DNA from: Candidatus Sumerlaeia bacterium
Lineage (GTDB): Bacteria > Sumerlaeota > Sumerlaeia > SLMS01 > JANRJK01
Length of the DNA stretch: 64,000 nt
Reading direction: 5' to 3'
NCBI GenBank assembly: GCA_033764015.1
Contig: JANRJK010000043.1
Span: 20,402 to 84,401, forward strand
Positions 19,354 through 29,546 of this stretch are shown one piece after another; the first letter of the stretch is position 1; each line of letters begins with the position of its first letter. A model generated the notes under the pieces. That model was not told the DNA's origin, did no database searches, and was given only the letters and a program-made list of their open reading frames with translations. Made by a program: the position numbers and the translations under genes.

Positions 19354-20913
19354 GTGCTGCGCTTCGCCTCCGCGCCCCCCGCCGTCCGCCTGACGAAGGC
19401 GTTCCAGACGCCCTTCCGCAATGTGGTCGCGACGGCGCGGACCTGCTATTCGTCGAAGGGCATCATCGACGACGCGGACGTCGGCGACCGGGAGCGCTTC
19501 TCGCCGCTCGCGCAGTCCATCTACGAGGCCGGCCACCACACCACCTTCCAGCACGCGCACTTCCAGTTCGCCATCGAGAACGTCTCGCGGCACTTCATCT
19601 GGGGCTTCCTGCACGCGCATCCGTTCTACAACAGCGAGCAGGTGTCGCAGCGCTACGTCCACGTCCGCCCGGACACGGCCGTGGTGCCCGAGCTGCCCGC
19701 GGACCAGGACGCGGTGTACCGCGGCGCGGTGGAGGAGCTCTTCGCCGCCTACGAGCGCCTCTCGGAGATGCTCGAAGGCCCGGTCGAGTCCGCCTTCTTC
19801 TCCCGCTTCCCGCGCTCGCCGCGCCGCGAGAAGGAGCAGCGCTCCGCGATCCGCAAGAAGGCGCAGGAGATCGCCCGGTACGTCCTCCCCGTCGCCACGC
19901 ACGCATACCTCTACCACACCGTGAGCGGCGTCACGCTCCTGCGGTACTGGCGCGTCTGCCAGGGGTGGGACCTCCCTAGCGAGCAGCGCCTCGTGGTCGG
20001 GGCCATGGTGGACGAGCTGCTCCGCTTCGACCCGAACTACGACATCGTTCTGCAGCCGCCGCTCGATCCGGAGCGCTTCCCCGAGGATGCCCTGTTCGAG
20101 AGCGTTCCGGGAGCGTGGGACCGCTCGCAGGCGGCCACCTTCACCGGCGAGTTCGACGCCGGCATGGAAGGAAACGAGGCGTCGAAGCTCGTGGGCTGGC
20201 AGGAGAACGCGCCGGCTATCGTCGCGCAGGCGGTGCGCGAGGTCCTCGGGCGCCCGCTCGCCGCCATGGACGACGAGGCGGCGATCCGCCTCGTGCTCGA
20301 TCCGTCGCAGAACCGCTTGCTGGGCGAATCGCTCAACCTCACGACGCACCACAAGCTTTCCCGCGCGCTGCACCATGCGCACTACGTCTTCCGCAAGCGC
20401 CTCAGCCACGCCGCCGACAGCCAGGACCAGCGGCACCGGATGACGCCCGCCTCGCGCCCGGTCCTCGCCGCGCACCTCCTCGATGTGCCGGACTACGTGA
20501 CGCCTGAGCTGTTCCGCCACGACGAGCCGTGCCTCGCGCTGTACCGCGGAACGATGGAGCGGCTGTGGGAGTCGATCGCCCGGCTCGAGGCGCTCGGCGC
20601 GCCGCAGGAGGCGCTGCAGTATCTGCTGCCCAACGCGGCGACGGTCCGCTTCACCGAGAGCGCGGACCTGCTGAACCTGCGCCACAAGCACACGATGCGG
20701 CTCTGCTTCAACGCGCAGGAGGAGATCTGGCGCGCCAGCCGCGAGGAGGCGCTCCAGATCCGCGACGTCCACCCGCAGCTGGGAGCCTTCCTCCTGCCGC
20801 CGTGCACGCAGCGCGCCATGGCGCATTCGAAGCCAATCTGCCCCGAGGGAAAGCGGTACTGCGGCGTCCGGGTCTGGAAGCAGGACGTCACCGAGTACGA
20901 GCGCATCATCTGA
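19354..20913 (+). CDS. thyX: FAD-dependent thymidylate synthase, tandem two-domain form
   Basis: GTG at 19354; GHHTTFQH..F.IENVSR, QVSQRYV and EIARYVLP in domain 1; QDQRHR, QYLLPNA and RLCFNAQEEI in domain 2. Confidence 0.85.
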   Translation: MLRFASAPPAVRLTKAFQTPFRNVVATARTCYSSKGIIDDADVGDRERFSPLAQSIYEAGHHTTFQHAHFQFAIENVSRHFIWGFLHAHPFYNSEQVSQRYVHVRPDTAVVPELPADQDAVYRGAVEELFAAYERLSEMLEGPVESAFFSRFPRSPRREKEQRSAIRKKAQEIARYVLPVATHAYLYHTVSGVTLLRYWRVCQGWDLPSEQRLVVGAMVDELLRFDPNYDIVLQPPLDPERFPEDALFESVPGAWDRSQAATFTGEFDAGMEGNEASKLVGWQENAPAIVAQAVREVLGRPLAAMDDEAAIRLVLDPSQNRLLGESLNLTTHHKLSRALHHAHYVFRKRLSHAADSQDQRHRMTPASRPVLAAHLLDVPDYVTPELFRHDEPCLALYRGTMERLWESIARLEALGAPQEALQYLLPNAATVRFTESADLLNLRHKHTMRLCFNAQEEIWRASREEALQIRDVHPQLGAFLLPPCTQRAMAHSKPICPEGKRYCGVRVWKQDVTEYERII

Positions 20914-20931
20914 CCCGACCGGGAGCGGACA

Positions 20932-21678
20932 ATGCAACGACCCGACCGCTGGTACCTGTTCGACGCGGGAGCGCAGACCGGCCCGCACACGCTGTCGGAG
21001 CTGCAGTCGAAGGCCCGGGCTGGCTGGCTCGGGCTGGACGCGCTCGCGATCCAGGAAGGCGACACCGACTGGCGCCCCGCGCGGGATGTGGTCGGTCTCG
21101 CGCCGCCTCCTCCGCCCTCCCCGGCGCCGGGCGAGCCACCTGCGCGGAGCATCTACGACCGCCCGCCGATGGCGCCGCCGGCCGGCGCCGGCCCTCCGCC
21201 CCCGGAAGCGCCGATCACGATGTCCTCCGTGCAGTTTTTCGACCCGCGCGAAATCGTCGGCAAGCGCGTGCTGGGCTACATCGTCGACGCGGTGATCTTC
21301 TGGTTCCTCTCGTGCGGCATCGGTGCCGCCATGGGCGGTGTGCTGATGGCGGCGGTGTCGGTCGGCAATGCGGCGGGGGGCGGCCAGCCCGGGTTGGACG
21401 GCTTCTCCGCAGTTGCCCAGATTCTTTCATGGATCGTCGGCGCCGTCTTCTGGTGCCTCCGCGACGCCGTGAAGGGCAGGAGCCCCGGGAAGTTGGTCGT
21501 CGGGCTCCGCGTCGTCGATGCGAACACCGGGGCTCCGATTAGCGTCGGCCAGTCGATCATCCGGAACCTGCTCTTCGCGATTCCCTGCCTGCCGCTCGTC
21601 ATGCTGTTCGTCCTGCTCGCGACCGGAGAGCACTGGGGCGACAAGATCGCCGGAACACGCGTCGAGCCGGCGACCTGA
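20932..21678 (+). CDS. RDD-family membrane protein with N-terminal GYF_2 domain
   Basis: WY....QTGP....L.....G.L (GYF_2), Pro-rich linker, then KRVLGYIVD, GRSPGK...GLRVV and WGDKIAGTRV (RDD). Confidence 0.88.
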   Translation: MQRPDRWYLFDAGAQTGPHTLSELQSKARAGWLGLDALAIQEGDTDWRPARDVVGLAPPPPPSPAPGEPPARSIYDRPPMAPPAGAGPPPPEAPITMSSVQFFDPREIVGKRVLGYIVDAVIFWFLSCGIGAAMGGVLMAAVSVGNAAGGGQPGLDGFSAVAQILSWIVGAVFWCLRDAVKGRSPGKLVVGLRVVDANTGAPISVGQSIIRNLLFAIPCLPLVMLFVLLATGEHWGDKIAGTRVEPAT

Positions 21679-21681
21679 CCG

Positions 21682-22101
21682 CTAGAGGTGCTTCACCACC
21701 ACCGCGGCGAGCGCCAGCGCTCCAAGCAGCGCCAAGATCGCCAGCACTCCGAGGAGCGAAATGCGGCGGAGCGGCGCGCGGCGATCCATGCTGAATCTCA
21801 CTTCGTAACGTGTCTCGCCTGCCTCGCGCCGAGGGGACGTGAACCCCGGGGGCGGCTGGAATCCGATGTCCCCGGGCGGCGGGCGGCGTGCTTCCGGCGA
21901 CGCCATGGCGGCCTCGACGCGCCGCCGCAACTCCTCAGGCATCTCCTCCAGCGAACTGTACGTCTGCTCGCCTTCCGGTCCGCTCACGGTGAAGGAGCGG
22001 ACAATGCGCCGTTCCACGCGCACGCCAGGCGGCGCCCCGCTAACGCAGGCAGGGCACGCCCCGTGGCGGTCCAAGATCGCTCCGCATTGGTCGCAGATCA
22101 T
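21682..22101 (-). CDS. Small hypothetical protein with N-terminal Zn-ribbon and C-terminal TM helix
   Basis: ATG at 22101: MICDQCG...ACPAC; YSSLEEMPEELR; hydrophobic C-terminus. Confidence 0.6.
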   Translation of the reverse strand: MICDQCGAILDRHGACPACVSGAPPGVRVERRIVRSFTVSGPEGEQTYSSLEEMPEELRRRVEAAMASPEARRPPPGDIGFQPPPGFTSPRREAGETRYEVRFSMDRRAPLRRISLLGVLAILALLGALALAAVVVKHL

Positions 22102-22195
22102 CGCGCACCCCAGCCGGTGTGATGAGGAAAGAGTTTCACCCGCGGGACCGCGCCGCGCAACCTGAGTGCGCACGCCACGCACCGGAGCCACCCCC

Positions 22196-25033
22196 ATGGC
22201 AGAGCAACCCGCGACCCGCAAGCGCCTCGTCCTCGTGGACGGCCACGCGAATGTCTTCAAGGCCTACCACGCCATCAAGACCCCGCTCACCACATCGAGC
22301 GGCGAGACAACGCACGCGGTCATGGGCTTCCTCAGCATGTTTCTGCGGCTCCACAAGATGGTGGCGTGCGACCATGTGGTGGTCGTCTTCGACGCGGATG
22401 CGCCCAGCTTCCGCCACCTCGAATACGAAGCCTACAAGGCGACGCGCTCCGAGACCCCGCCGGACCTCCACACGCAGGCGCGCCGCATCCGCCAAGTCCT
22501 CGCCGCGATGCGGGTCCCGATCAACGACGCCCCCGGCTTCGAGGCCGACGACGCGATCGCGACCCTCGCGGTGCGCGCCGTCGAGCAGGGCGGCGAGGCG
22601 CTCGTCTGCTCCGTCGATAAGGACCTGCTCCAGATCGTCCGCCCGGGCATCACCGTCTGGCGCGACCACCTCGGGAAGATCGAGGAACTCGACCCCGCGG
22701 GCGTGAAGGAGAAGCTCGGCATCGCGCCGGAGTTGGTGCCCGACTACCTTGGCCTCATCGGCGACAGCTCCGACAACCTGCCGGGCATCCCCGGCGTCGG
22801 GCCGAAGACCGCGGTGAAGCTGCTCGAGGAGTTCGGCTCCTTCGACGCGCTCATGGAGGCCGCTTCCGGCCTGCCGGAGAAGAAGGCCAAGCTGCGACAG
22901 TCGCTCCTGGACCACGGTGCCGCCGCCCGCCGCTCGCGAGACTTGGCGCGGCTGCGCCTCGATGTGCCGCTCGAATTCTCCTGGGAGTCCACGCGCTGGT
23001 CCCCCGTCGTGACGGAGGAGCTGCGATCCGTGCTGCTCGAACTCGAGCTTGGGCGCCTGCTCCGCGAGCTGGAGGCGGCCGCTCCCGCGCCCCCGCCGCC
23101 AGCGGCTCCCAAGCCGGCGCGCCGCCCACTGCCCGCCGATGCGCAAGAGGACCTCTTCGGATCGATGATGGACGACGAGCGCGAGCCGCTGGCGGACGCC
23201 CCTCCCGCCGCCCCCGTCCGCGACACCGACTACCGGGCCATCCAATCGCGCGAGGCGCTAGCGGAGACCGTTGCGGCGATCCGCGCGGCGGGCCTCTGCG
23301 CCATCGACACGGAGACCACGGACCTCGATCCCTTCGCCGCGGAACTTGTCGGCATCTCGCTCTCCTGGCGCCCGGACCAGGGTGTGTACATCCCCGTGGG
23401 CCACGCGACCGGCGAGGCCCAGCTTCCGCTCGACGAGGTGCGGGCGGAGCTCTCGCCGCTCTTCGCCGATGGCTCCGTGCGCTGGGTCGCGCACCACTGG
23501 AAGTTCGACTACAAGATCCTGAAGCGCGCCGGCTTCCCCGTCGGGGCTGTTGCCAGCGACACGCTGGTCTCCGCGTACCTGCTCCAGCCCGACGGCGGCC
23601 AGCGCACCGGACTCGGGCTGAAGAACCTCGCGCTCGAGCGGCTCGGCGTCGCGATGACCCCGATCTCCGAGCTCATCGGCGACGGCAAGGGGATGCTGAC
23701 CATGGCCGGCACCCGCATCGCCGACGCATCCGCCTACGCCTGCGCCGACGCGGATCTGACGCTTCAACTGCACCACCACTTCGAACCCAAGCTGCTCGAT
23801 GCGGGCCTCGCGAAGCTCCGCGACGAAGTGGAATGCCCGCTCACACCCGTGCTCGCCGACATGGAGCTGGAGGGCGTCCGCATCGACGTGCCGTACTTCG
23901 AGGCGTTCGGCCGCGAGGCCGCCGCCGATCTGCAACGGATCGGCGAGGAGGTCTTCGCGCTGGCGGGGGAGCGCTTCAACATCAACTCGCCGAAGCAGGT
24001 CGGCGAGGTGCTGTTCGACAAGCTCGGCCTCAAGACCGCGCGCGAGAAGAAGACCGCCACCGGCCGCAGCACCGATGTCTCCGTGCTGGAGGAGCTGGCG
24101 AAGCAGCATCCCCTGCCGGCGAAGCTGCTCGAGTACCGGAAGCTCGAGAAGCTGCGCGGCACCTACATCGACGCGCTGCCGAAGTCGGTGAACCCGGGCA
24201 CGGGGCGCGTGCACACCAGCTACAACCAGACCGACGTCGCGACGGGGCGCATCTCGAGCAGCGACCCGAACCTCCAGAACATCCCCGTCCGCAGCGAGGA
24301 GGGCCAGCGCGTGCGCCGCGGTTTCGTCCCGCGCGCGGCGGGATGGTCCCTGCTCGCGGCGGACTACTCGCAGGTCGAGCTGCGCATCCTCGCGCACATG
24401 AGCGGCGACGCGGCGCTCCGGCGGGCGTTCGAGACCGGCGGCGACATCCACCGCCTGACCGCCAGCCTGGTCTTCAAGGTGCCGCCGGAGGAGATCACCT
24501 CCGCGCAGCGCTCCGGCGCCAAGGCGATCAACTTCGGCATCGTCTACGGAATGACATCCTTCCGCCTCGCGAACGACCTAGGCATCTCGAGGACCGAGGC
24601 GCAGCAGTTCATCGACGACTACTTCGCCGCGTACTCCGGCGTTCGCGACTTCATCGAACGCACGAAGGAGTCCGCCCGCGCCACGGGGCAGGTCGCGACG
24701 ATGCTCGGCCGGCGGCGCTCGATCCCCGACATGGACTCGCGCAACCCGAACGCGCGCGCCTTCGCCGAGCGCATCGCCGTGAACACCCCGATCCAGGGCA
24801 CCAGCGCGGACATGATCAAGCTCGCCATGATCCGGCTGGCCAGGCGGCTCGCGGAGGAGCGTCTCGATGCGCGCATGATCCTCCAGGTGCACGACGAGCT
24901 GATCTTCGACGTGCCCGACGGCGAGCTTGACAAAGTCAAGCAACTGGTCCCGGAGGAGATGGCGCGGGCGCTGCCGCTCAGCGTTCCGGTGAAGGTCGAC
25001 GTGGAGTGCGGCGCCAACTGGGCCGAGGTCTGA
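22196..25033 (+). CDS. polA: DNA polymerase I
   Basis: 5'-3' exonuclease (LVDG, EADD, GDSSDNLPG), proofreading exonuclease (DTETT, KFD, YACAD) and polymerase motifs (ADYSQVELR, AKAINFGIVYG, QVHDEL). Confidence 0.99.
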   Translation: MAEQPATRKRLVLVDGHANVFKAYHAIKTPLTTSSGETTHAVMGFLSMFLRLHKMVACDHVVVVFDADAPSFRHLEYEAYKATRSETPPDLHTQARRIRQVLAAMRVPINDAPGFEADDAIATLAVRAVEQGGEALVCSVDKDLLQIVRPGITVWRDHLGKIEELDPAGVKEKLGIAPELVPDYLGLIGDSSDNLPGIPGVGPKTAVKLLEEFGSFDALMEAASGLPEKKAKLRQSLLDHGAAARRSRDLARLRLDVPLEFSWESTRWSPVVTEELRSVLLELELGRLLRELEAAAPAPPPPAAPKPARRPLPADAQEDLFGSMMDDEREPLADAPPAAPVRDTDYRAIQSREALAETVAAIRAAGLCAIDTETTDLDPFAAELVGISLSWRPDQGVYIPVGHATGEAQLPLDEVRAELSPLFADGSVRWVAHHWKFDYKILKRAGFPVGAVASDTLVSAYLLQPDGGQRTGLGLKNLALERLGVAMTPISELIGDGKGMLTMAGTRIADASAYACADADLTLQLHHHFEPKLLDAGLAKLRDEVECPLTPVLADMELEGVRIDVPYFEAFGREAAADLQRIGEEVFALAGERFNINSPKQVGEVLFDKLGLKTAREKKTATGRSTDVSVLEELAKQHPLPAKLLEYRKLEKLRGTYIDALPKSVNPGTGRVHTSYNQTDVATGRISSSDPNLQNIPVRSEEGQRVRRGFVPRAAGWSLLAADYSQVELRILAHMSGDAALRRAFETGGDIHRLTASLVFKVPPEEITSAQRSGAKAINFGIVYGMTSFRLANDLGISRTEAQQFIDDYFAAYSGVRDFIERTKESARATGQVATMLGRRRSIPDMDSRNPNARAFAERIAVNTPIQGTSADMIKLAMIRLARRLAEERLDARMILQVHDELIFDVPDGELDKVKQLVPEEMARALPLSVPVKVDVECGANWAEV

Positions 25034-26362
25034 TCAGAGCAGGATCGCCGCGAAGCAGGCAGTGCTGAAGGTGGCCAGCGTGCCTGCGATCATCGCCGGG
25101 ACGGCGGCGGCCACCACGTCCACGCGCCGCTCCGGCGCGAGGATCGACAGCCCGCCGATCTGGATCCCGAGCGAGCCCAGGTTCGCGAACCCGCAGAGCG
25201 CGTAGCTCATGATCGTCGAGCTGCGCTCGGAGAGGGTGTCCCTCATCGCTGCGAGGTCGAGGTAGGCGATGAACTCGTTGGCGACCGTCTTCACCCCGAT
25301 CAGGCGCCCCGCCGCCTCCGCCTCGTGCCACGGCACACCCATGAGCCACGCGATCGGACGGCACAGCCGGCCGAGGATCGCGCGCAGGTTGAACGCCGGG
25401 TGCCGCGCGATCGCATCGGCCTCGCCCGCCGCGTAGAGCGCCGCGCCAGCGGCGTACTCCAGAGCCGCGTCCACCAGCGCGAGAATCGCGAGGAACGAGA
25501 TCAGCATCGCCGCCACGTTGAGCGCGAGCTTGAGCCCCTCCGTCGTGCCTCCGGTCACCGCGTCCAGCATGGTGTCGTACTCTTTCGGCACGTCGACGTT
25601 CGCGACGTCGCGCGTGACCGGCACCTCGGTCTCGGGTCGGACCACTTTGGCGAAGAGGAGCGCCGCGGGCGCGCTCATCACCGAGGCGGCCAGCAAGTGC
25701 CCCGCGATGTCCGGCACCACGGGCCCGAGGATGCCGATGTAGCTCGCCATGACGCTGCCGGCGATGTTGGCGAAGCCGCCGGCCATCACCGCGTGGATCT
25801 CGCTCTTCGTCATCTTAGGGATGAAGGGCCGGACGAGGAGCGGCGCCTCTGTCTGGCCGAGGAAGATGTTGGCGGCCCCGCTGAAGGTCTCCGCGCCGGA
25901 GGTCCCCATGGTCCGCTGCATCACCCACGCGAGTCCCCGCACCACGACCTGAAGGGCGCCGATGTGGTACAGCAGCGCGGAAAGCGCACTGAACAGTATG
26001 ATGATCGGCAGCACGTTGAAGGCGAAGAAGAAGCCCAGCGAGCCCTCCTTGTCCGGGGTGAGCGCGAGGCTGCCGAACATGAACTGCGACCCCGCGCCCG
26101 CCGCGTCGATCACCGACAGGAAAAAGTCGTTCACACGCTCGAAGAACCACTCGCCGGCGGCCGTCCTGAGCACCAGCACCGCAAAGGCGAACTGGAGTCC
26201 CAGGCCGAACACCACGATGCGCCAGTTGGCGAGGGCCCGTTTGCGGTCGCTGCTCATCGCCCAGGCCAGGGCGAGGAACACCGCCAGGCCGAGCACCGGG
26301 ATCAGGCGGTCCACCAGCGTGACGGCGGATTCGACATTGGGCATTGCGATTTCGTCGGCCAT
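25034..26362 (-). CDS. NupC/CNT family nucleoside transporter
   Basis: FFAFNVLPIIILFS, GTSGAETFS..ANIFLGQTEAP, ASVMSAPA, NEFIAY and YALCGFANLGS motifs. Confidence 0.95.
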   Translation of the reverse strand: MADEIAMPNVESAVTLVDRLIPVLGLAVFLALAWAMSSDRKRALANWRIVVFGLGLQFAFAVLVLRTAAGEWFFERVNDFFLSVIDAAGAGSQFMFGSLALTPDKEGSLGFFFAFNVLPIIILFSALSALLYHIGALQVVVRGLAWVMQRTMGTSGAETFSGAANIFLGQTEAPLLVRPFIPKMTKSEIHAVMAGGFANIAGSVMASYIGILGPVVPDIAGHLLAASVMSAPAALLFAKVVRPETEVPVTRDVANVDVPKEYDTMLDAVTGGTTEGLKLALNVAAMLISFLAILALVDAALEYAAGAALYAAGEADAIARHPAFNLRAILGRLCRPIAWLMGVPWHEAEAAGRLIGVKTVANEFIAYLDLAAMRDTLSERSSTIMSYALCGFANLGSLGIQIGGLSILAPERRVDVVAAAVPAMIAGTLATFSTACFAAILL

Positions 26363-26466
26363 GTGGCCCCCTGATTTCCGGTTGTTTCGCCCGGTGGCGC
26401 GCGCAGCATAGGAACTATCAGCAGCGCAAGCGCACTGGCGCGAGGCAAGGCCGCATCGAGGTCGCC

Positions 26467-27216
26467 GTGGAAGAGAGTTTCGACAAGGTTGGATCGAGCA
26501 GTTGGAACGACGAGGGCATCTTCGTCGACAGGGCTTCGACGCCTCCGATGCCCGACTGGCTGATACGCGCCTCGCACCGGGGCTACGAGCTGCTAAGCAC
26601 CGGCTACGCGAACATCCCGGAGGTCTCGCCCAAGACGCTCCCGGCGGCGGCCGACCCGGAGCGGCCCGCCGGCGGACGCGTCGGACGCGGAGGCGCGACG
26701 GTGCCCGCCCAGCCGACCACCCCCGCCTCCGGAGCGCGGCACACGCCGCTGCCGCCGCGCTCGGGCCAGTCCCTCGAAGTCACCGGCCGCGGGCGCACGG
26801 AGCGTCCAACGGTCCCCGCCGGACCCGGCGATCCGCTGGCCGGCCTCCGGCAGGAGATGGCGTCCTCCGGCGTCAACTTGCCCCCGCGCGGGATGCGACC
26901 GCCGGAGCCGTCCCGCGCCGCGCCCCCTCCCGAGCCGCGCGCCGCCGCGCCACCCACGCCGCGCCCGACGCTCCCCAATCCGCGCCCTGCGCAGCCGCGG
27001 GAGCCCGAACCACCCGCGCGCCAGGGGGTCTTCCAGCCCAAGGCTCCCGCGAAGGACGAGTTCCGCGTCGACTGGGGGCCCACCGTGGACACCCGCCAGC
27101 AGTGGAACCTCATCCCTCCGCCGAAGAAGGGACCCCCCGCCGAGGAGAAGCACCCCGAGGGCGACGTCTCCCAAGGCAGGCTCGGCAGCATGTTCAAGAA
27201 GTTCTTCGGCGAGTAA
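26467..27216 (+). CDS. Proline-rich hypothetical protein
   Basis: Probable GTG start at 26467 (GAGG upstream); host-like codon usage; mostly disordered, ending [13 protein letters not shown]. Start uncertain. Confidence 0.6.
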   Translation: MEESFDKVGSSSWNDEGIFVDRASTPPMPDWLIRASHRGYELLSTGYANIPEVSPKTLPAAADPERPAGGRVGRGGATVPAQPTTPASGARHTPLPPRSGQSLEVTGRGRTERPTVPAGPGDPLAGLRQEMASSGVNLPPRGMRPPEPSRAAPPPEPRAAAPPTPRPTLPNPRPAQPREPEPPARQGVFQPKAPAKDEFRVDWGPTVDTRQQWNLIPPPKKGPPAEEKHPEGDVSQGRLGSMFKKFFGE

Positions 27217-27222
27217 CCTCCC

Positions 27223-28383
27223 ATCGACAAGCCCTCCGGCGACCGGCGCCCCCGCCGCGTCCTCCACATCATCGATTCCCTCAACCAGGGCGGCGCGCAG
27301 GCGGTCGTGCTGAACCTCGCCCGCCACGCGGACCCTGCGCGTTCGCGGCACGCGGTCGCCGGGCTGTATGGTCCCGGCGCCATGTCGCCCGCCTTCCGGG
27401 CGGCGAAGGTACCCCTCGCCCAGCTCGCCGCCACGAAGTTCGACCCGCGGATTCCGGCGGCGCTTGTCCGGCTCGTCCGCCGTGTGCGCCCGGACGTCCT
27501 CCACGCGCACCTTGTCGTGTCCTGCGCGCTCGCCGAATCCCTCCGCCGGTTCCTCCCCGGGAAGACGCGGCTCGTCTGCCACGTCCACAACCTCTTCGCG
27601 CAGCACGGCGAGGACCGCTACCAGGACACCATCGAGGCGCGCCTCTACCGGCGCTGCGACGCGACGGTCGCCTGCTCGCGCGAAGTGGCGGAAAGCCTCC
27701 TGCCGCCGCGGCGGCCGAGGCCCCGGAAGTTGTCGGTCGTCACCAACGGCATCGCCGACGAGCTGCTCCACCCCACAAGCGCCTGCGAGCGCGCGCAGGC
27801 CCGCGACGGGCTGAACATCGGCGGCGGCACGCCGCTGCTGCTCTCCGTCGGGCGCCTCACGGAGCAGAAGAACATGGGCTACGCGCTCCGCGTGGCGGCG
27901 GAGCTGCGGCGCATGATGCCGCAAGTGCGCTACTGGATCGCAGGCGAAGGCGTCCGCGAGGCGGAACTCCGCGCGCAGGCCGCCCGCCTCAAGCTCGAGG
28001 GCGCCGTCGAGTTCCTGGGGTTCCGCTCCGACATCCGCCAGCTACTCGCCGCCGCCGACATGTTCTTCATGCCGTCGCTCCACGAGGGCCTGCCGCTCGC
28101 GCTCGTCGAGGCGATGGGCACCGGCACCATGCCCGTCGTGACGCCCTTCAACGGCCACGCGGCGCTCGTGCGCGACGGCGGCACCGGCTGCGTGGTGCCG
28201 TTCGACGCTCCTCGCGAGGCCGCCCGCCGCATCGTCGGCCACTTCATGGACGCCCCGCGCCGGCTGCGCATCGGCGCGGCGGCCTCGCGCCACGTCCGCG
28301 GCGGCTACTCCTCCACAAGGTTTGCCCGCCGCATGGACGCCCTGTACGACGGGCTCCTCGCGGAGGCCCCCGCGCACCCCTGA
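27223..28383 (+). CDS. Glycosyltransferase family 4 (start codon atypical)
   Basis: [16 protein letters not shown]-terminal motif, [19 protein letters not shown] and [15 protein letters not shown]. The conserved N-terminus lies upstream of the first GTG (27307); an in-frame ATC is at 27223. Confidence 0.85.
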   Translation: MDKPSGDRRPRRVLHIIDSLNQGGAQAVVLNLARHADPARSRHAVAGLYGPGAMSPAFRAAKVPLAQLAATKFDPRIPAALVRLVRRVRPDVLHAHLVVSCALAESLRRFLPGKTRLVCHVHNLFAQHGEDRYQDTIEARLYRRCDATVACSREVAESLLPPRRPRPRKLSVVTNGIADELLHPTSACERAQARDGLNIGGGTPLLLSVGRLTEQKNMGYALRVAAELRRMMPQVRYWIAGEGVREAELRAQAARLKLEGAVEFLGFRSDIRQLLAAADMFFMPSLHEGLPLALVEAMGTGTMPVVTPFNGHAALVRDGGTGCVVPFDAPREAARRIVGHFMDAPRRLRIGAAASRHVRGGYSSTRFARRMDALYDGLLAEAPAHP

Positions 28384-28397
28384 CCGGAGCACGCACC

Positions 28398-29456
28398 GTG
28401 CAGCACTACCGCATCGACCTCGTCAGCGACACCACCACGCGTCCGACCGCCGCCATGCGCCGCGCCATGGCCGAGGCCATCGTAGGCGACGAGCAGAAGC
28501 ACGAGGACCCCACCACCAACCGCCTCGCCGCGATGGTGGCGGAACTCACCGGCAAGGAGGCGGCGGTTTTCCTCCCCTCCGGGGCGATGTGCAACCAGAT
28601 CGCCATCCGCGTCCACTGCCGCCCCGGCGACGAGATCATGGTGCACCGCACCGCGCACATCTTCAACTACGAGGGGGCGGGCCACGCCGCGCTCAGCGGC
28701 GCGACCGCGATGCCGCTCGAAGGCCCCCGCGGCATGTTCACCGCCGACGCCGTCCAGGCCGCCGTCCGCCCCCAGTCGAACCACCACTCGCGCTCGCGGC
28801 TGCTCTGCGTCGAGCAAACCACCAACATGGGCGGGGGAGCGGTGTGGCCGCTCGACCAAGTCCGCGAGGTATGCGCCGCCGCCCGCGCGCACGGCATGGC
28901 CACGCACCTCGACGGGGCGCGGCTGCTCAACGCCGTGGTGGCGACCGGCATCCCCGCGCACACGTGGTGCGAGCCCTTCGACTCCGTGTGGATCGACTTT
29001 TCGAAGGGGCTCGGAGCGCCCGTCGGCGCGGTGCTCGCGGGCGACCGCGCCTTCATCCGCGAAGCCTGGCGCGCCAAGCACCAGTTCGGCGGCGCCATGC
29101 GCCAGAGCGGCATCATCGCCGCCGCCGCGATCCACGCGCTCGAACACCACATCGAACGCTTGGCGGAGGACCACGACAACGCGCGGCGGCTCGGTGGCCT
29201 CCTCGAGGCGATCCCCGGCGTCCGAGTGGAATCCCCCATCGAGACCAACATGGTCTTCTTCGACGTCGCGGAAGCCGGCCTCACCGGCGCGGAGCTCATC
29301 CGCCGCATCGCCGCCGACGGGGTCCGGGTCAGCCCCGGCGGACGCCCCACCCGGCTCCGCGCCGTCACCCACCTCGACGTCACCGGAACGATGATCGACG
29401 ACGCAGCGGCCGCGATCGCCAAGGCGGTGGGGGCGGGCAAGGGCTCCGACCTCTAG
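28398..29456 (+). CDS. ltaE: Low-specificity L-threonine aldolase
   Basis: [37 protein letters not shown] lysine in [10 protein letters not shown], and GGAMRQSG. Confidence 0.93.
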   Translation: MQHYRIDLVSDTTTRPTAAMRRAMAEAIVGDEQKHEDPTTNRLAAMVAELTGKEAAVFLPSGAMCNQIAIRVHCRPGDEIMVHRTAHIFNYEGAGHAALSGATAMPLEGPRGMFTADAVQAAVRPQSNHHSRSRLLCVEQTTNMGGGAVWPLDQVREVCAAARAHGMATHLDGARLLNAVVATGIPAHTWCEPFDSVWIDFSKGLGAPVGAVLAGDRAFIREAWRAKHQFGGAMRQSGIIAAAAIHALEHHIERLAEDHDNARRLGGLLEAIPGVRVESPIETNMVFFDVAEAGLTGAELIRRIAADGVRVSPGGRPTRLRAVTHLDVTGTMIDDAAAAIAKAVGAGKGSDL

Positions 29457-29546
29457 GGTCGCAAACAGGCAGCCCGACCCGGCCGACGCCCCGAAACGGA
29501 GTCGAGTGCGCCGAAGGCGAATCGTGTCTCCCAGCCGCTCGGACAG

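Noticed and set aside
26502..28397. Apparent 984-aa fusion upstream of threonine aldolase
   Set aside because: The upstream part is an off-frame reading of two other genes; ltaE starts at GTG 28398 with a GGAG RBS.
29457..29546. Small hairpins between ltaE and the nucleotidyltransferase (possible ncRNA or REP)
   Set aside because: Short GC-rich stems, no second copy noticed in the window and no recognisable family; may simply aid termination.
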